Source: Camelus ferus (Eukaryota). Taken from it: a DNA stretch of 64,000 nucleotides. This document shows positions 11,483-24,364 of this stretch, piece by piece. The notes under the pieces are model-generated. The model worked only from the letters and a program-made list of their open reading frames with translations, searched no databases and was not told the origin of the DNA. The DNA lies in assembly GCF_009834535.1 (NCBI RefSeq), contig NC_045696.1, positions 62,808,001-62,872,000 of the forward strand, written 5' to 3'. Both the position numbers and the translations under genes were made by a program. How positions within the stretch are numbered: the stretch's first letter is position 1; each line of letters begins with the position of its first letter.

Positions 11483-14309
11483 GGGCAGCAAGGACAGCAA
11501 GTCTATATTTTTCTTCACCTGCAGGTGTCCTTGGAAGGCCTTCTGCTGTCCAGCCACTGACCCCATAAACTTATCTTCTTGGCATCAGGTAGCAGACGCT
11601 ACCCACTTTCTTGCTGAGAACTCCTTCAGTCCGCTGGGAGACCGGAGCCCATGTATATCAATTCTCAGTTAACAAGCAGTGCTTTCCAAGCGTCTGTTGC
11701 ATCCCTATCACCTGCATCAGGCTGGTGCATCACTCAGACATCTAACAAGGTCACGACGATATACCGGCCCATCAGAAGGATGCAGCCACAGAGCTGGACT
11801 GAGTCTCAGAGGCCCTGCCAGGTCAGGCGTCACCCTAGAGCAGCCAGATGGTGGGGTGGGGCTCTGGGGGAGGTGCTGGGCATCTGGGGGTGGGGGCCTC
11901 TCTGGAGCTCAGGCAGCAACCATACAGAAGTATTTCAATACTTTAACAACTTGCCTGGGCACACGAGTGCATCCTGAGTGCAGCCCTGCTTGGAGACTGT
12001 GTGAAGAAAAGATCTATTCCTAGCTCCCAGGGAGCTTGCAACCCGGCTGGGGAGACAGGTTAGAGGTTCACAGCTGGAGAGAATCAGCACTTCCATCTCA
12101 GCTGGTCAGTCCAGTTGCTCATTCACCCTCATGTCTCATGGGTCTGCTACGTGCCAGGCACTGGAGGATGACTATAAACTGGTCCTTGCCCTTAGGAGTG
12201 CACTGCTTACAGGAAGAACAAGGCAGCTAAACAGATAAACGCAGGGTCATCTTGTCTGTGCTGATACACTGAGTTTGAGATCACTTTAGAGCATCTTCAT
12301 GGGAAATACCAAGCTTACAGCCTTACAGAACCACCTTTCCTAATTTCCTGTGTTTCAGACGAGGAGCCCAGGGTCTTTTTGGAATGGTTGTCTACCACTG
12401 TCACTTCTGGGGAAGCCCTGTTTCCTGGCAGTGTCTGATAGGGGATTTTCCAGGAACTCTGCAGAGCTCTCTTGCAAGAATCATATAGGAAACCCCCTTG
12501 TCAGTTCTAAAGGCCCAGTTATCGTACAGACAAATCACAGATTTACCAGTGTGTAGAGGCTCACCTTCACTTACTCCATCCCGGGCACTGTTCTGAAGGA
12601 AAATGGATTTTGGATGTAAATGCTCTGTGATGACTCGGTGTTCCTGGGACATGAGTCCCTCAGGCTCCTTGCAAGCAGAGATTCAGGAACCAATGGCCAG
12701 GTTCACCAAACAGATGGGGGCCCCTTCCCACCCTGAGAAGTGCCCCACATACCAAGGGAACCTGGGGTGCTGGTGACCCCTGGCCCTGGCTGCCTGGAGA
12801 CCCTACCTCTTTCTGCCACTTCTGTGTCACAGGGAAATTCCAGGCTTCTCCAGAGACCATCTCAACTGCTTGGAATCCTGCTCTTTGACCTGTCTGGGCT
12901 GGTGCAGGCCTGGGAGGAAAGGAAAGTAAATAAATGTGAATCCGTTTGATCACAGGCAGAACGTTTCTCTTTCAACAGAAAGCTTCCTGAGGAAGAAAAG
13001 CAAAGGGGTTTGGAAGGAGAGTGCTGTGTGAGCACTGGCCGGTCCACGCCTTTGCTTGTCAAGGTTAGTGCTTGGTGTGCCCTGCAAAGCCTCTCCAGGA
13101 GTGGCCTCGTGGCCCTGCTGAGCCCTAGCACCGCATGGGTACCTCGGAGCCCTGCCCTGCCCACCCAGGTCCCTCCGGGCTGCACCTCCCTCTGGACCAG
13201 CAGGGGCAACTGAGGGGTCCAGCCAGCTCCCTGTGGCTTCCCAAGTGAAATGAGTCTTCACCACTGAAGCCAGTAAGCCAGTCTCCCTCCAGGAGTCGGG
13301 TCTTCCTCAGGGCTGTGGAGGCAGTGCTGGGGCCGGTGGTAGGGCTGGGAAGCCAAACTCTGGTGTTCCCTATGGAGGTGTCATTGGACCTTTCAGGATT
13401 CTGAAAGAGAGAGGATGCTTGCATCTTTCTGGTTTCGGCCTTGGGAATCACTTGCTGAAACACTTGTCACTTCCCCTTTATATCTATACATCTCTGTCCT
13501 TGTCTGGCTCTAGCCAGACACCTTGTGTGGCCTTTAGATACTAAAGAACAGTAGGAGTCCCAGAAATCCTTTCCTGAAGTTCAAAGAAAGCCACTGGTCT
13601 GCAGTCAAAGGCCCACTTGCTGATGAGCTGGTGAAGTCATGGTCTCTCACGAGCTCCACCCACAGATGATGTCTGCTGTGGAGGTCCCGAGGGCACCTTA
13701 AAATGACCACGTAGAAAATTAACCCCCAACTTGCCCTTCTTCCCTCTTGTCCCACTCTACCCTATCCTTCCTTCTGCTAGACATCTGGGAACTCAAAGTT
13801 ATTCCTCACCCCACAATCCTCTGAACGTTTAAAATCAGAATCTAGGCCATTATCTGATGTCCCAAAGATGCCCTTTGTGCTGAACCCCATTTCACTTGAC
13901 TTGGCTAAATTGATCTCTTTTCATTAACTAATTAATTCATTCCAGACACTTCTAAAGTGCTGGGCACTGTGCTGGAGCTACAGTCACAGAGGTGAGGAGG
14001 ACTCAGGCTAGGCAAAATCCTCCCCTGCCCTTGAGGGGCAGCCCTCAGAGGGCTCCATACTTTCTGTGCACCCATTCATCAAAAGTCTGGATAGTTTGTA
14101 GCAGGAAACACAGGCCACAAAATAATGGTCCATGTAAACAGCAGAGAATCAGAAGGTGGGAAAATGGAATAAAATGGGCTCTATAGGCATCCTCTATTTT
14201 TAGCAAATGGAGTTCATTCATTCAGGAAGCTTGATGGATAACTGAAGTGGGTCAACCAGGAAGGACACAGAATCCAGCAGCCCAGGGAGCTCCTAGCTGG
14301 GGTAGCCCA

Positions 14310-14490
14310 GACCCTGTGCTGGAGCATCGTGTATAACAGCACCTGTAATCCTCAGAACAACCCCTTGCAGGAGGTCCTCTGCTCATTTCCATTTTATAGA
14401 TGAAAAAGCAGGGGAATTATGTGGCTGGCCCACAGTCACAGAGCTAGAGGCAGGATTCAAACACAGGTCTGTCTGACTCCAGTGTATTTG
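14310..14490 (-). mobile_element. MIR SINE
   Basis: 'aatcctcagaacaacccc...ccattttatagatgaaaaagcagg...ggcaggattcaaacacaggtctgtctgactcca'. Confidence 0.75.
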
Positions 14491-14989
14491 TTAATTATGG
14501 CACAGAAAGGATTCCTTGTCTCCATCAGCTTCTTTTTAATCCAGGAAGACTAGGCATTCACACACTGGCTCACCTAGCCTTTGAGTGCAGGGACGTATAT
14601 TTAGCACCTACAAAGGAAGATCAGCCGTTACGTGTTTGTGGGTATTCTGGGTACTGACTGTTGACGGTTACCGGCTAGGCTTCATCTCAGGTTCTGTGCT
14701 GAAATCTCAGCCCGTATTTACCTTGCCCACAGAATGGCTCTGGAGGTGGACTGGACTGGAAGTCAGGTGACTGGAGTTGTAATCCTGGGCTTGCAGGGGA
14801 TTAGCAGTGTAACCTTGGAGAAGTCACTCTTCTCTGGTTTCAATTTCCCTGTTTGAAAATGAAAAAGGATGCAATACTTCTATTTCTGTGACTAGGAGAG
14901 GAGGACAGGTGCATCGAGAAGCGTGCCCGGGGGTGTTCATGGCAGTGCTGCACGTGCTCGGGAAAACCTGAAGACACCCAGGGTAACCC

Positions 14990-15504
14990 CGGGTGGAAGC
15001 CGGCCTCCAAGTTGGCCCTTAATGACCCCGCCTGCCGGTATTGTCCCAGGTGTAGTCCTCTCCCATCAAACCAGGGTTGTTATGCATGACCAACTGCCAA
15101 CAGCACATGGCAGAGTGATGGCATGCCATTCTTCAGCTCGGGCTATAAAAAGACAGCAGCTTCCTTCTTGGGTTCTCTCCCTCTTTCTCATCACTGGGGA
15201 AGCTGCCTTGTGGGCAGCCCTGTAGAAAGCCCCATGCAGAGAGGACTGAGTCTTCTTGCCAACACCCATGTAAGTGAGACACCTTATATGCCAATCCGTG
15301 ACCCTCGGTCAAGTCTTTAGTTGACCATAGCCCAGGCCACAGTTTGCCTGCAACCTCATAAGAGACCCTGATCCAGGACTGCCAGGAAAAATTGTTCCCA
15401 GTTTCCTTGCCTGAGAACTGTGTGAGATGATTAACGTGTATTGTTTTAAGCTGCCAAATTTGGGGGGGTGTTAATTTGTTATACAGCAATAAATAATGAA
15501 TATA
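14990..15504 (+). mobile_element. MLT1F-like MaLR solo LTR inserted in an old L1ME 3' fragment
   Basis: Start 'ggtggaagccggcctccaagttggccc', end 'ttgttttaagctgccaaatttgggg...tttgttatacagcaataaataatgaatata'. L1ME-like sequence on both sides. Confidence 0.8.
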
Positions 15505-17290
15505 CCCTTATACTATAGAATATTATGCAGCAGTTAAAAATGGAGATCTCTGTGTGCTGATATGGAAAAATTTCTAAGAATAATTGTTATGAGAAAGTAA
15601 TAACTACAGAAAAACACACAGAGCTATAGCCCTTTTACATAAAACACCACCACCACCCATTATATTTTATGTGCATTTGCATATGCAGGCGCACATGCAG
15701 TAAATGAGCCATCATGCTATACCGGCTATTAACATCAGCTCACCTCTCAGCGAGGGGGTCAGAGGAGGACATTTTTTTACTCAATATGTTGCAGTTTTAT
15801 CGTAGACTTTTACCATGATAATCTGTTCATGTATCACTTACACAATTAAAAAAAAACTTCTTTAAATAGAGAGGTTGGACTCTGTGATCAATGAAGTCTC
15901 TCTCAACTCTGCTGTTTTATAGTTCTATTACAGCAGTCACTGGATGCAAATTGAAAGAATGAGGTAACATTTATTACCTCTTTGTTGGTAAGCATTGAAC
16001 AGTTTGATAAATCAAATTGGCAATGATGTTCAGAAAACTGGTACTCTCATACACTGCTTCTGGAAGAATAAATTGAGAATCAATTGGGAAAGCTGGTTAG
16101 GATGGGAATAAGATAGTATCAACTAAAACAAAGCATGCAGACTCCCCCACCTTTGAGGTCTAGCACTTCTACTTCTAGATATTCATTCTTTTACACAGAA
16201 ACATACTGGAAACCGGACGGTATTGTGATTATTGACATAAACGCTACCCTGTAAGGAGCGCTCTGTGACATACCTAAGGATGCAAATGACAGCAGAGCTT
16301 GCGAGAGCAAACACTGAGACAAAGTTAAATGTCCGTAAATAAATGTTATTGTATTTTCATGCCATGATATCCTATGAGACTATTAAAATGAATGAGCTAG
16401 ACTTACATGTCACAATGTGGATAAATCTCTAAGACACAGCAAATGAAAAAACATACTGCAGAATGTTACATATAATATGATACTATTTAAAACTATAAAC
16501 ATACAGTACCAACGTGTTTCCTAATGTTTTGATGAAAAATCATAGGAAAGGTCTGTCAGAGTACAAGCCAAAGTCACAAAGCTAAGTGTCTGGGTCCCTG
16601 GAGAAGGGGAAGAGACTATCACTGAGGGATAATTGAAGGAGACTTAACCTTTGTCTGCAATGTTCTGATGTGATCAAACAATTATAAAGCACTAGTAAGC
16701 GCTATGTAAGAAATGTACTTAAACATTCATGTGTCATTAAAAATTAAGTTAGAAATAGTCATTTGCTCGTAGCAAGAAGAACTCTGGCTGGAAGAGTAGG
16801 AATTCTGATACTTTATGAGCAGCGTATCTCAACTCCAGCCAACTGCACTCAAGACCACTTGAAGCCTTAGGGATAAAAAGGATATTAGTCCCATCACACC
16901 CAGCAATTCTGATGTAACTGGTTAGTGCCTCTGATCTTGGTGCTTTTCAAAGGCTTCCGAGGTGATTCTAGTGGACAGGCAGGGCTGAGAACCCATGATT
17001 TAGAGCAGCAGGCTCTGGAAAATTGTCACAGACAGTAGGACACTGAGGAGACATAATGATGCAGTCTCCTGGATTGGATGCTGGAACAAAAAAGAACATT
17101 AGTGAAATCCAAATAAAGTCTATAATTTAGTTAATAGTGTGTCCTCACATTAACCTCTCAGTTTTGATAAATGGACCTTAGTTATGTAAGACATGAACAT
17201 GAGGGAAGCTGGGTAAAGGGTGTAGGGGAACTCTCTGTACTCTCGCTACAACTCTTCTGTGAATCAAACTATTATTAAATAAAAAAGCCT
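15505..17290 (+). mobile_element. Cluster of old L1M 3'-end fragments with a MER5-like MITE (about 16817-17000)
   Basis: 'atactatagaatattatgcagcagttaaaaa', 'gtactctcatacactgcttctggaag' and 'gggaactctctgtactc...caactcttctgtgaatc'. Confidence 0.6.
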
Positions 17291-17349
17291 TACATATCTT
17301 GGATAATTGTTCTGGTTATGTTTTAATTTTTTTCTATATATATATATAT

Positions 17350-17410
17350 ATTTTTTTTTTTATTGACGTATAGTCAGTTTACAGTGTAGTGTCAATTTCT
17401 GGTGTACAGC
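17350..17410 (-). mobile_element. Very short L1 3' tip next to a (TA)n tract
   Basis: Poly-T followed by 'attgacgtatagtcagtttacagtgtagtgtcaatttctggtgtacagc', the reverse of the camelid L1 3' terminus. Confidence 0.75.
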
Positions 17411-18630
17411 TTCTTGCTCAATTAAAAAAAAAAACTTTCAGAGGGCAGAGATCAAGATAGCAGAGTAAGATGTGGAGCTCACCTCCCCCAACAAACACAT
17501 CAAAAATACATCTACATGTGGAATAATTCTCACAGAAAACCAACCGAAAGCTGGCAGATCTCTTATATAAACAAAGCTGCAAGAAAAATCCCCGCATAAC
17601 CAAATAGGATGAAACAATAAAAGGAATTGGAACAGAACCTGTGCCCCAGGGAGAACTGTGAAGGAAGAAAGTTTCTCTTGCCCTGGAAACCCTTTCACTG
17701 GCTGGGAGGTCCCACAGGGCAGATGGTGTGCTGGAGGGCCTGGACCCTGAGAGGAGTGTGCAGGTGCTAGCTTGCTGGCAATCAGGGCAGAGAGAGACTG
17801 GTACTTACAGCTACCATGTCATCACACGTTCCAGCCCAAAATATGTGCTGCTAGTATGTGCAGTGGTTTTAGGAGACAGATCCTAGAAGAAGTTTAGTTG
17901 CATGAAGATAGCCTGAGGGCCTGGAGTGTGGTCCAGGCCACCATTGTTAATGTGTGGAGGATGAGGCACAGATCTGCCATAGGAATCCCATTATCAGCAC
18001 ACGCAGGGTGGGATGCGGGTCTCCCATAAGACCTCCACTGTCAGCACGCTCATGGTGGGACACCCAGCTGTGGTGGGCTTTGTGAGGGCTCATGCATTGG
18101 GGGTGGGGCTGACATTGGAGCCGAGTTCAGGGGCAGGTCCAGGAGCAATGGACTTTGTTGGCCCACAAACAGGGTGGTGGGTGGTGTAACACAGAATCGC
18201 ACATCCCCTGTGGGCAGCCCCTGGGGAGGAATATGCAGCAGTTCCTTTCCCAGCAGGAGGGCTCCAGTCCCACTTACCTCACGCCGCAGCTGAGAGCCAA
18301 ATGTGGGGACTTCTACTCCAACAACTGGGGAACAGACCCTGTGTCTGACAAGGTTGTGACAGCCACAGAGCAAAGAGGAGGCCCAGACCAACATCCAGTG
18401 AACGCTCTAATCAGAACACCAATCACCAGCCCCCACCCCAATCAAGGGGATAATGGCTAGCACACTTTGAGAAAAGATATGGCTGGCATTCATACCAAAA
18501 ACAGCCCTCGGCCAAAAGTATTGGACTCGTGCAGTCTATACAGGGATGCTCCCACATAAAAACACCCCTTCAAGACCACAGTAGATAATTGTCTCTCTTA
18601 AATTCACAGAGTTAGAGAAACTTAAGTAAA

Positions 18631-19519
18631 ATGAAAAAGCAGAGGAACTATTCCCAATTAAAAGAACAAGAGAAATCCCCTAGAAGAACAATGAAAAGAC
18701 CACTCTACTCCACCAGATCCCAAGTTCAAAAAGGAGGTAGTGAAAATGCTAAAGGAATTAAGAAAGATTATTGATAGAAATGCAGATTACTTTAACAAGT
18801 AACCAGAAACTATAAAGAGGAACCAATCAAAACCAGACAACTCAATTGCTGAGATTAAAACCAACCTACAAGCAATGAATAGCAGACTAAATAATGCAGA
18901 AGAATGAATAAGTGAACTGGAAGATAGAATGATGGAAATTACTCAATCAGAACAGCACACAGAAAAAGAAATTAAAAAATGAAAGCAAAATCCAAGAACT
19001 ATAGGATAATATAACATGTGCCAACATATGCATAATAGTGGTTCCAGAAGCAGAAGAAAGAAAAAGGGCTAAAAAATGTATTTGAAAAAAATTATGTCTG
19101 AAAACTTTGCAAACCTAAAGAAGGAAACAGATACCCAAGTACAGGAAGCACAAAAGGTTTGAAACAAGGTCAACCCAAACAGACCAAAACACAAAGCATA
19201 ATTAAAATGGCCAAAGTTAAAGATAAAGAGAGGATTCTAAAGGCAGCAAGAGGAAAAACAAAGAGTCAGTTACAAGGGAAACCTCCCCCCATAAGGCTAT
19301 CAGCTGATTTCTCTACAGAAACTTTGCTTGCCAGAAGGAAGTGGCATGATAAATTCAAAGTCCTGAAAGGGGTAAAACCTGCAACCTAGGACACTCTGCC
19401 CAGAAATATTACCATTTAGAACAGGAGGAGAAACTAAGAATTTCTCATATAAGCAAAAACTCAAAGAATGCAGCAATACTAAACCTAATCTAAAAGAAGT
19501 ATTGAAAGGTCTTCTCTAA
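18631..19519 (+). pseudogene. L1 ORF1p remnant (frameshifts and stops)
   Basis: Begins MKKQRNYSQLKEQEKSP, contains IIKMAKVKDKERILKAAR and PIRLSADFSTETL, ends '...ggtcttctcTAA'. Confidence 0.9.
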
Positions 19520-19930
19520 ATGGAAAGGAGAAAGAATCTATAGGAAAAGGAAAAACAGTGTAAAAGAATTGAAGATCACTTAAGTTGGTACATAGATTAA
19601 AAACAATCCAAAATTTTTTGTGAAAGAGATTGTAACTACAATGAACAGCAAAAGGATAAAATAAAGGTATAAAATAGGACACTGAGAGGGGAGTAAAAAA
19701 CACAGATCCTTTAGAATGTTTTTGAACTTGTATGATTATCATTCTAAAGAAAGTAGATCTAGTTATGCATTAACATACTTGGAAATCAGGGTAACTACAA
19801 ACCAAAAAATACAATAAAGTCACAAAAACTAAAAAGGAAGGAACTCAAGCATAATACAAAAGAAAAACCATCAAACTACAAAAGGAAAAACAAAAAGAAC
19901 TACAAAGTCAACTGGAAAAAAAGGCTTAAA

Positions 19931-22541
19931 ATGGCAATAAATACATACTCAATAATAACTTTAAATGTCAATGGACTACATGCCTCAATCAAAAGTCACA
20001 GAGTGGCAGATTGGATGAAAAAAAAAAAAGAACCTTCAACATGTTGCCTACAACAGTCTCACTTCATGCTGAAAGACACACATAGGTTGAAAGTGGGAGA
20101 ATGGAAAAAGATATTCCATGCAAATGGAGACAAGAAAGCAGGGATAGCAATATGCACATAAGACAAAAATAGACTTTAAATCAAAGTCCATAAAGGAAGA
20201 CAAAGGACACTATATAATGATAAAGGGATCCGTAGAAGAAGAGGATATTATACCCATTAACATGTATGTACCCAATATAGGAGCACCTAAATATATAAAA
20301 CAAATACTAACAGACATAAAGGGAGAAACTGAGAGGAATACAATAGCATACAACTTTAACATCCTGCTGACATCAATGGAAAGATCCTCCAGACAGAAAA
20401 TCAATAAGCAACAAAGATCCTAAGTGACAGAACAGTTGGCAATAATTGATATCTACCAGGCACTACATCCAAAAAAACCCCAGAATTCGCACTTTCAAAT
20501 GCACATGGGATAGTCTCTTGGGTTGACCCCATACTAGGTCACAAAACAAGCCTCAACAAATTTAAAAGGACAAAACTTATTTCAAACATCTTTTCTGACC
20601 ACAAAGTATGAAACTAGAAATCAACCACAGAAAGAAGAATGAGAGAAAAATGAACTTGTGGAGACTAAACAACATGCTTAAAAAAAAAAAAAAAGTCAAT
20701 GATGAAATCAAAGAGGAAATTAAAAAGTACCTTGAGACAAATGACAATGAAAACACAACCACAAAAAATCTATGGGATGAAGCAAAAGCAGTCCTAAGGG
20801 GGAATTTCATAGCAATACAGGCCTTTCTCAAAAAAGAAGAACAATCTCAAATAAACAATCTAATCTACCACCTAAAAAAATCAGAAAAAGAGGATCAAAC
20901 AAAATTCAAAGTTAGCAGAAGGAAAGAAACAATAAAGATCAGGGAGGCAGTGAATAAAATATAGATTAAAAAACAATAGGAAATATCAATCAAACCAAGA
21001 ATTGGTTTTTTGAAAGAGTAAATAAAATCAACCAACTTCTGGCCAGGCTCACCAAGAAGAAAAGAGAGAGGACACAAATAAACAAAGTAAGAAATGAAGA
21101 GAAGAAATTACAACCAACACCACAGAAATACAAACAACCATAAGAGAATACTGTGGACAATTATGTGGCAACAAACTGGACAACCTAGAAGAAATGGACA
21201 ACTTTCTAGAAACACATAGTTCACCAAAACTGAATCAAGAAGAAATAGATAAGTTGAACAGACTGATCACTAGATGTGAAATAGAATCAGTAATAAAAAA
21301 GCCTCCCTGCAAATCAAAATTCAGGACCAGATGGCTTCACTGGGGAATTCTACCAAATACACAAAGAAAAACTTATATTGATCCTTCTCAAACACTTCCA
21401 AAAGATGGAAGAGAAGAGGATACTCTCAAACTCATTCTATGAAACCACCATCACCCTGATACCAGAGCCAGAAAAAGACACTACCAAAAAAGAAAATTGC
21501 AGGCCAATATATTTGATGAATATAATTGCAAAAATTCTAAATGAAACATTAGCAAACAGAATCTAACAACACATAAAAAGGATCATACACTACAATCAAG
21601 TTGGATTCCACCCAGGGACACAAAGATGGTTCAACATATACAACTCAATCAATGTGATACATCACATCAACAAAAGAAAGGACAAAAATCACATGATCAT
21701 CTCCATAGATGCAGCAAAAGCATTTGATAAAATTCACCATCCATTCGTGATAAATCTCTTACCAAAGTAGATAAAAAAGGAATATATCTCAACGTAACAA
21801 AAACTAGTAACTTAGATGATTGATTTACTGAATATGTGTAAGCACATTTGACTGTCCTTTATCACTGGATTACTACATTCTGTGAATTCTTATTTTGTGG
21901 CTGGTTTTATTCCTTTGATAACTATGTAAGTTTAAAAGGCAAGCTCTAAAGTGTCCTTAGAAATAATGAACAGTACATATATGTAAATTTAAAAAATGTG
22001 TACATTATGTTGTATATATGTATTTATGTGCAATACATTGTATATGTGCAGTCAAACTGTATCAATTTTACCTAATAAAACTGAAAAATGAAAGAAAAAA
22101 TAAAATAAAATTCACACACACACACACACACACAAAGCTATTTATGACAAACTTAGAGCCAATATAACACTCAATGGTGAAAAGCTGAAAGTCTTCCCAC
22201 TAAAATCGGGAACAAGACAAGGATGCCCACTCTCACCAATACCATTCAACATAGTATTGGAAGTCCTACCCATAGCAATCAGACAAGAAAAGGAAATAAA
22301 AGGGATCCAAACTGGAAGAGAAGAGGTAAAATTGTCACTATATATGGATGCCATGGTACTATATATAGAAAAACCTAGACTCCACACAACAAATATTAGA
22401 GCTGATAAATGAATTCAGCAAAGTAGCAGGATATAAGATTAACATACAGAAATCTGTTGCATTTCTTTACACTAACAATAAAAGATCAGAAAGGGAAAGT
22501 GAAAAAAATCTCTTTTAAAATCACATCCAAAAAATAAAATA
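19931..22541 (+). pseudogene. L1 ORF2p remnant (endonuclease plus RT), dead
   Basis: MAINTYSIITLNVNGL (EN start), [39 protein letters not shown] at 22209-22238. The catalytic (Y/F)ADD reads YMDA at 22341-22352. Multiple frameshifts. Confidence 0.92.
21807..22131 (+). other. AT-rich polyadenylated foreign insert inside the L1-A RT region
   Basis: Interrupts colinear ORF2 sequence between 'acaaaaacta' (21797-21806) and 'acaaagcta' (22132-22140). AATAAA at 22074-22079, then an A-rich tail and (CA)n. Confidence 0.7.
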
Positions 22542-22753
22542 ATAACTTCTATGGGCTTAATAGATACACAGTACTATATATAAAATAGTAGATAATTTAC
22601 TGTATAGCACAGGGTACTATATTCAATATCTTGTAATAACCTATAACAAAAAAGAATCTGAAATATATATGTAAATGAATCGCTTTTCTGTATACCTGAA
22701 ACTAACCAACATTGTAGATCAACTGTACTTCAAAAAAAAAAAAAATCTTTCAG

Positions 22754-23678
22754 GGATTGGCCAAGATGGCAGAGTAGAAAGACTTTGAGCTCACTTCCTC
22801 TCATGAGCACAGCAAAATCATAATTACCTGTAGAACAGCCATCAAAGAAAAGGCTGGAACATGAAACTAAAAGCTAGTTCTTTGAAAAGATAAACAAAAT
22901 TGATAAATCTTTAGCCAGACTCATCAAGAAAAAAAGGGAGAGGGCCCAAATCAATAAAATCAGAAATGAAAAAGAAGTTACAGCCAACACCACAGAAATG
23001 CAAAGGATCATAAGAGGATACGATGAGCAGCTATATACAAATAAAATGGATAATCTAGAAGAAATGGACAAATTCTTAGAAAGGCACAATCTCCCGAGAC
23101 TAAACCAGGACGAAATAGAAAATATAAACTAACCAATTACCAGTACTGAAATTGAATCAGTAATTTAAAAACTCCCAACAACAAAAAAAAGGCCAGGACC
23201 AAATGGTTTCACAGGTGAATTCTACCAAATATTTAGAGAAGAGTTATCGCCTATCCTTCTGAAACTATTCCAAAAATCTGCAGAGGAAAGACTACTCCCA
23301 AACTCATTCCATGAGGCCAGCATCACCCTGATACCAAAACCAGACAAAGATAACACAAAAAAAGAAACTTACAGGACAGTATCCCTGATGAACATAGATG
23401 CAAATCCTCAACAAAATACTAGTAAACTGACTCCAAAAACACATTAGAAGAATCATATACCATGATCATGCAGGATTTATCCCAGGGATGCAAGGATTTT
23501 TGAATATCTGCAAATCAATCAGTGTGATACAACACATTAACAAATTGAGTAAAAACCCTGCGATCATCTCAATAGATGCAGAAAAAACTTTTGACAAAAC
23601 TCAACATCCATTTACAATAAAAACTCTCCAGAAAGTGGGTATAGATGGAACATCCCTCAACAATATGGGACATATATG
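22754..23678 (+). mobile_element. L1-B: about 110 bp of L1 5' UTR fused to mid-ORF2, 3' end missing
   Basis: 'ccaagatggcagagtagaaagactttgagctcacttcctc' (L1 5' end) is joined at about 22860 to 'atgaaactaaaagctagttctttgaaaag' (ORF2), which runs to [16 protein letters not shown]. Confidence 0.85.
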
Positions 23679-24364
23679 GTAAGCAATGAACTTCAAATCC
23701 AGTTCTCCTGATGTGCAAAACTAGGGCCCTTCCTGTTACTTCACTTTTGTCCCTGTACTTGACGAGCAGGTGTCCTTGTAAATGGAACTTGTCTCTGGGC
23801 TAAGGAGGGCCCAGAACTTAAATCGTGGTTCCTTGTAACTCCCACCGTTTCTGCTGAGGAAAATTTCTCATTTTCCACTACTTGTAAGAGATGGGCTCTG
23901 TGAGAGGGCACCAATCTGCCAGCTGCTAACACTTCACAGAAGGCAATCATCCTGTTGAATTTGTAAATTCTGGACCTACTTCCCTGACGTGTGCTGGGCC
24001 CTATCCTTGCTGGTGCTCTTGGCTCATGAGGGTTTTGCCCCAGTTCCTCTGGAGGGCTCGGGCCTCTCTTAGCCGAGCGGGTGTTCAGCTGAGATGAATG
24101 GGTCATGTTGCCATGAAATTTCCCCAGTGTTGGTGCCATGCCCCAGCCCCCTACCCCCCAGATTGACAGACCACTCCAGGGCCTGAGGATCTACCAGCCC
24201 AACACTGATCATCTTATTTAGGGTTGGTCTGGGTAAAAATGGCCTTGGGGAAAAGCCATGGCTTCTAAAATCAGTCACAGTAAAGTGCCTCTGATTCATC
24301 TCCCTTGAGGAGAGAAAGACTCCTGGCCTGTGGCCTTGAGGTGGATGTTTTATGGGAAGATGGG

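Larger units (their letters stand above)
17442..22740 (+). mobile_element. L1-A: LINE-1 with 5' UTR, ORF1, long spacer and ORF2 to the end of RT, internally deleted, ending in 3' UTR and poly-A
   Basis: 5' end 'gatcaagatagcagagtaagatgtggagctcacctcc'. ORF1 and ORF2 remnants in the ORF track. 3' end 'tatacctgaaactaac...aactgtacttcaaaaa'. Near-TSD aaaa(a/t)ctttcag at about 17430-17441 and 22742-22753. Confidence 0.92.
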
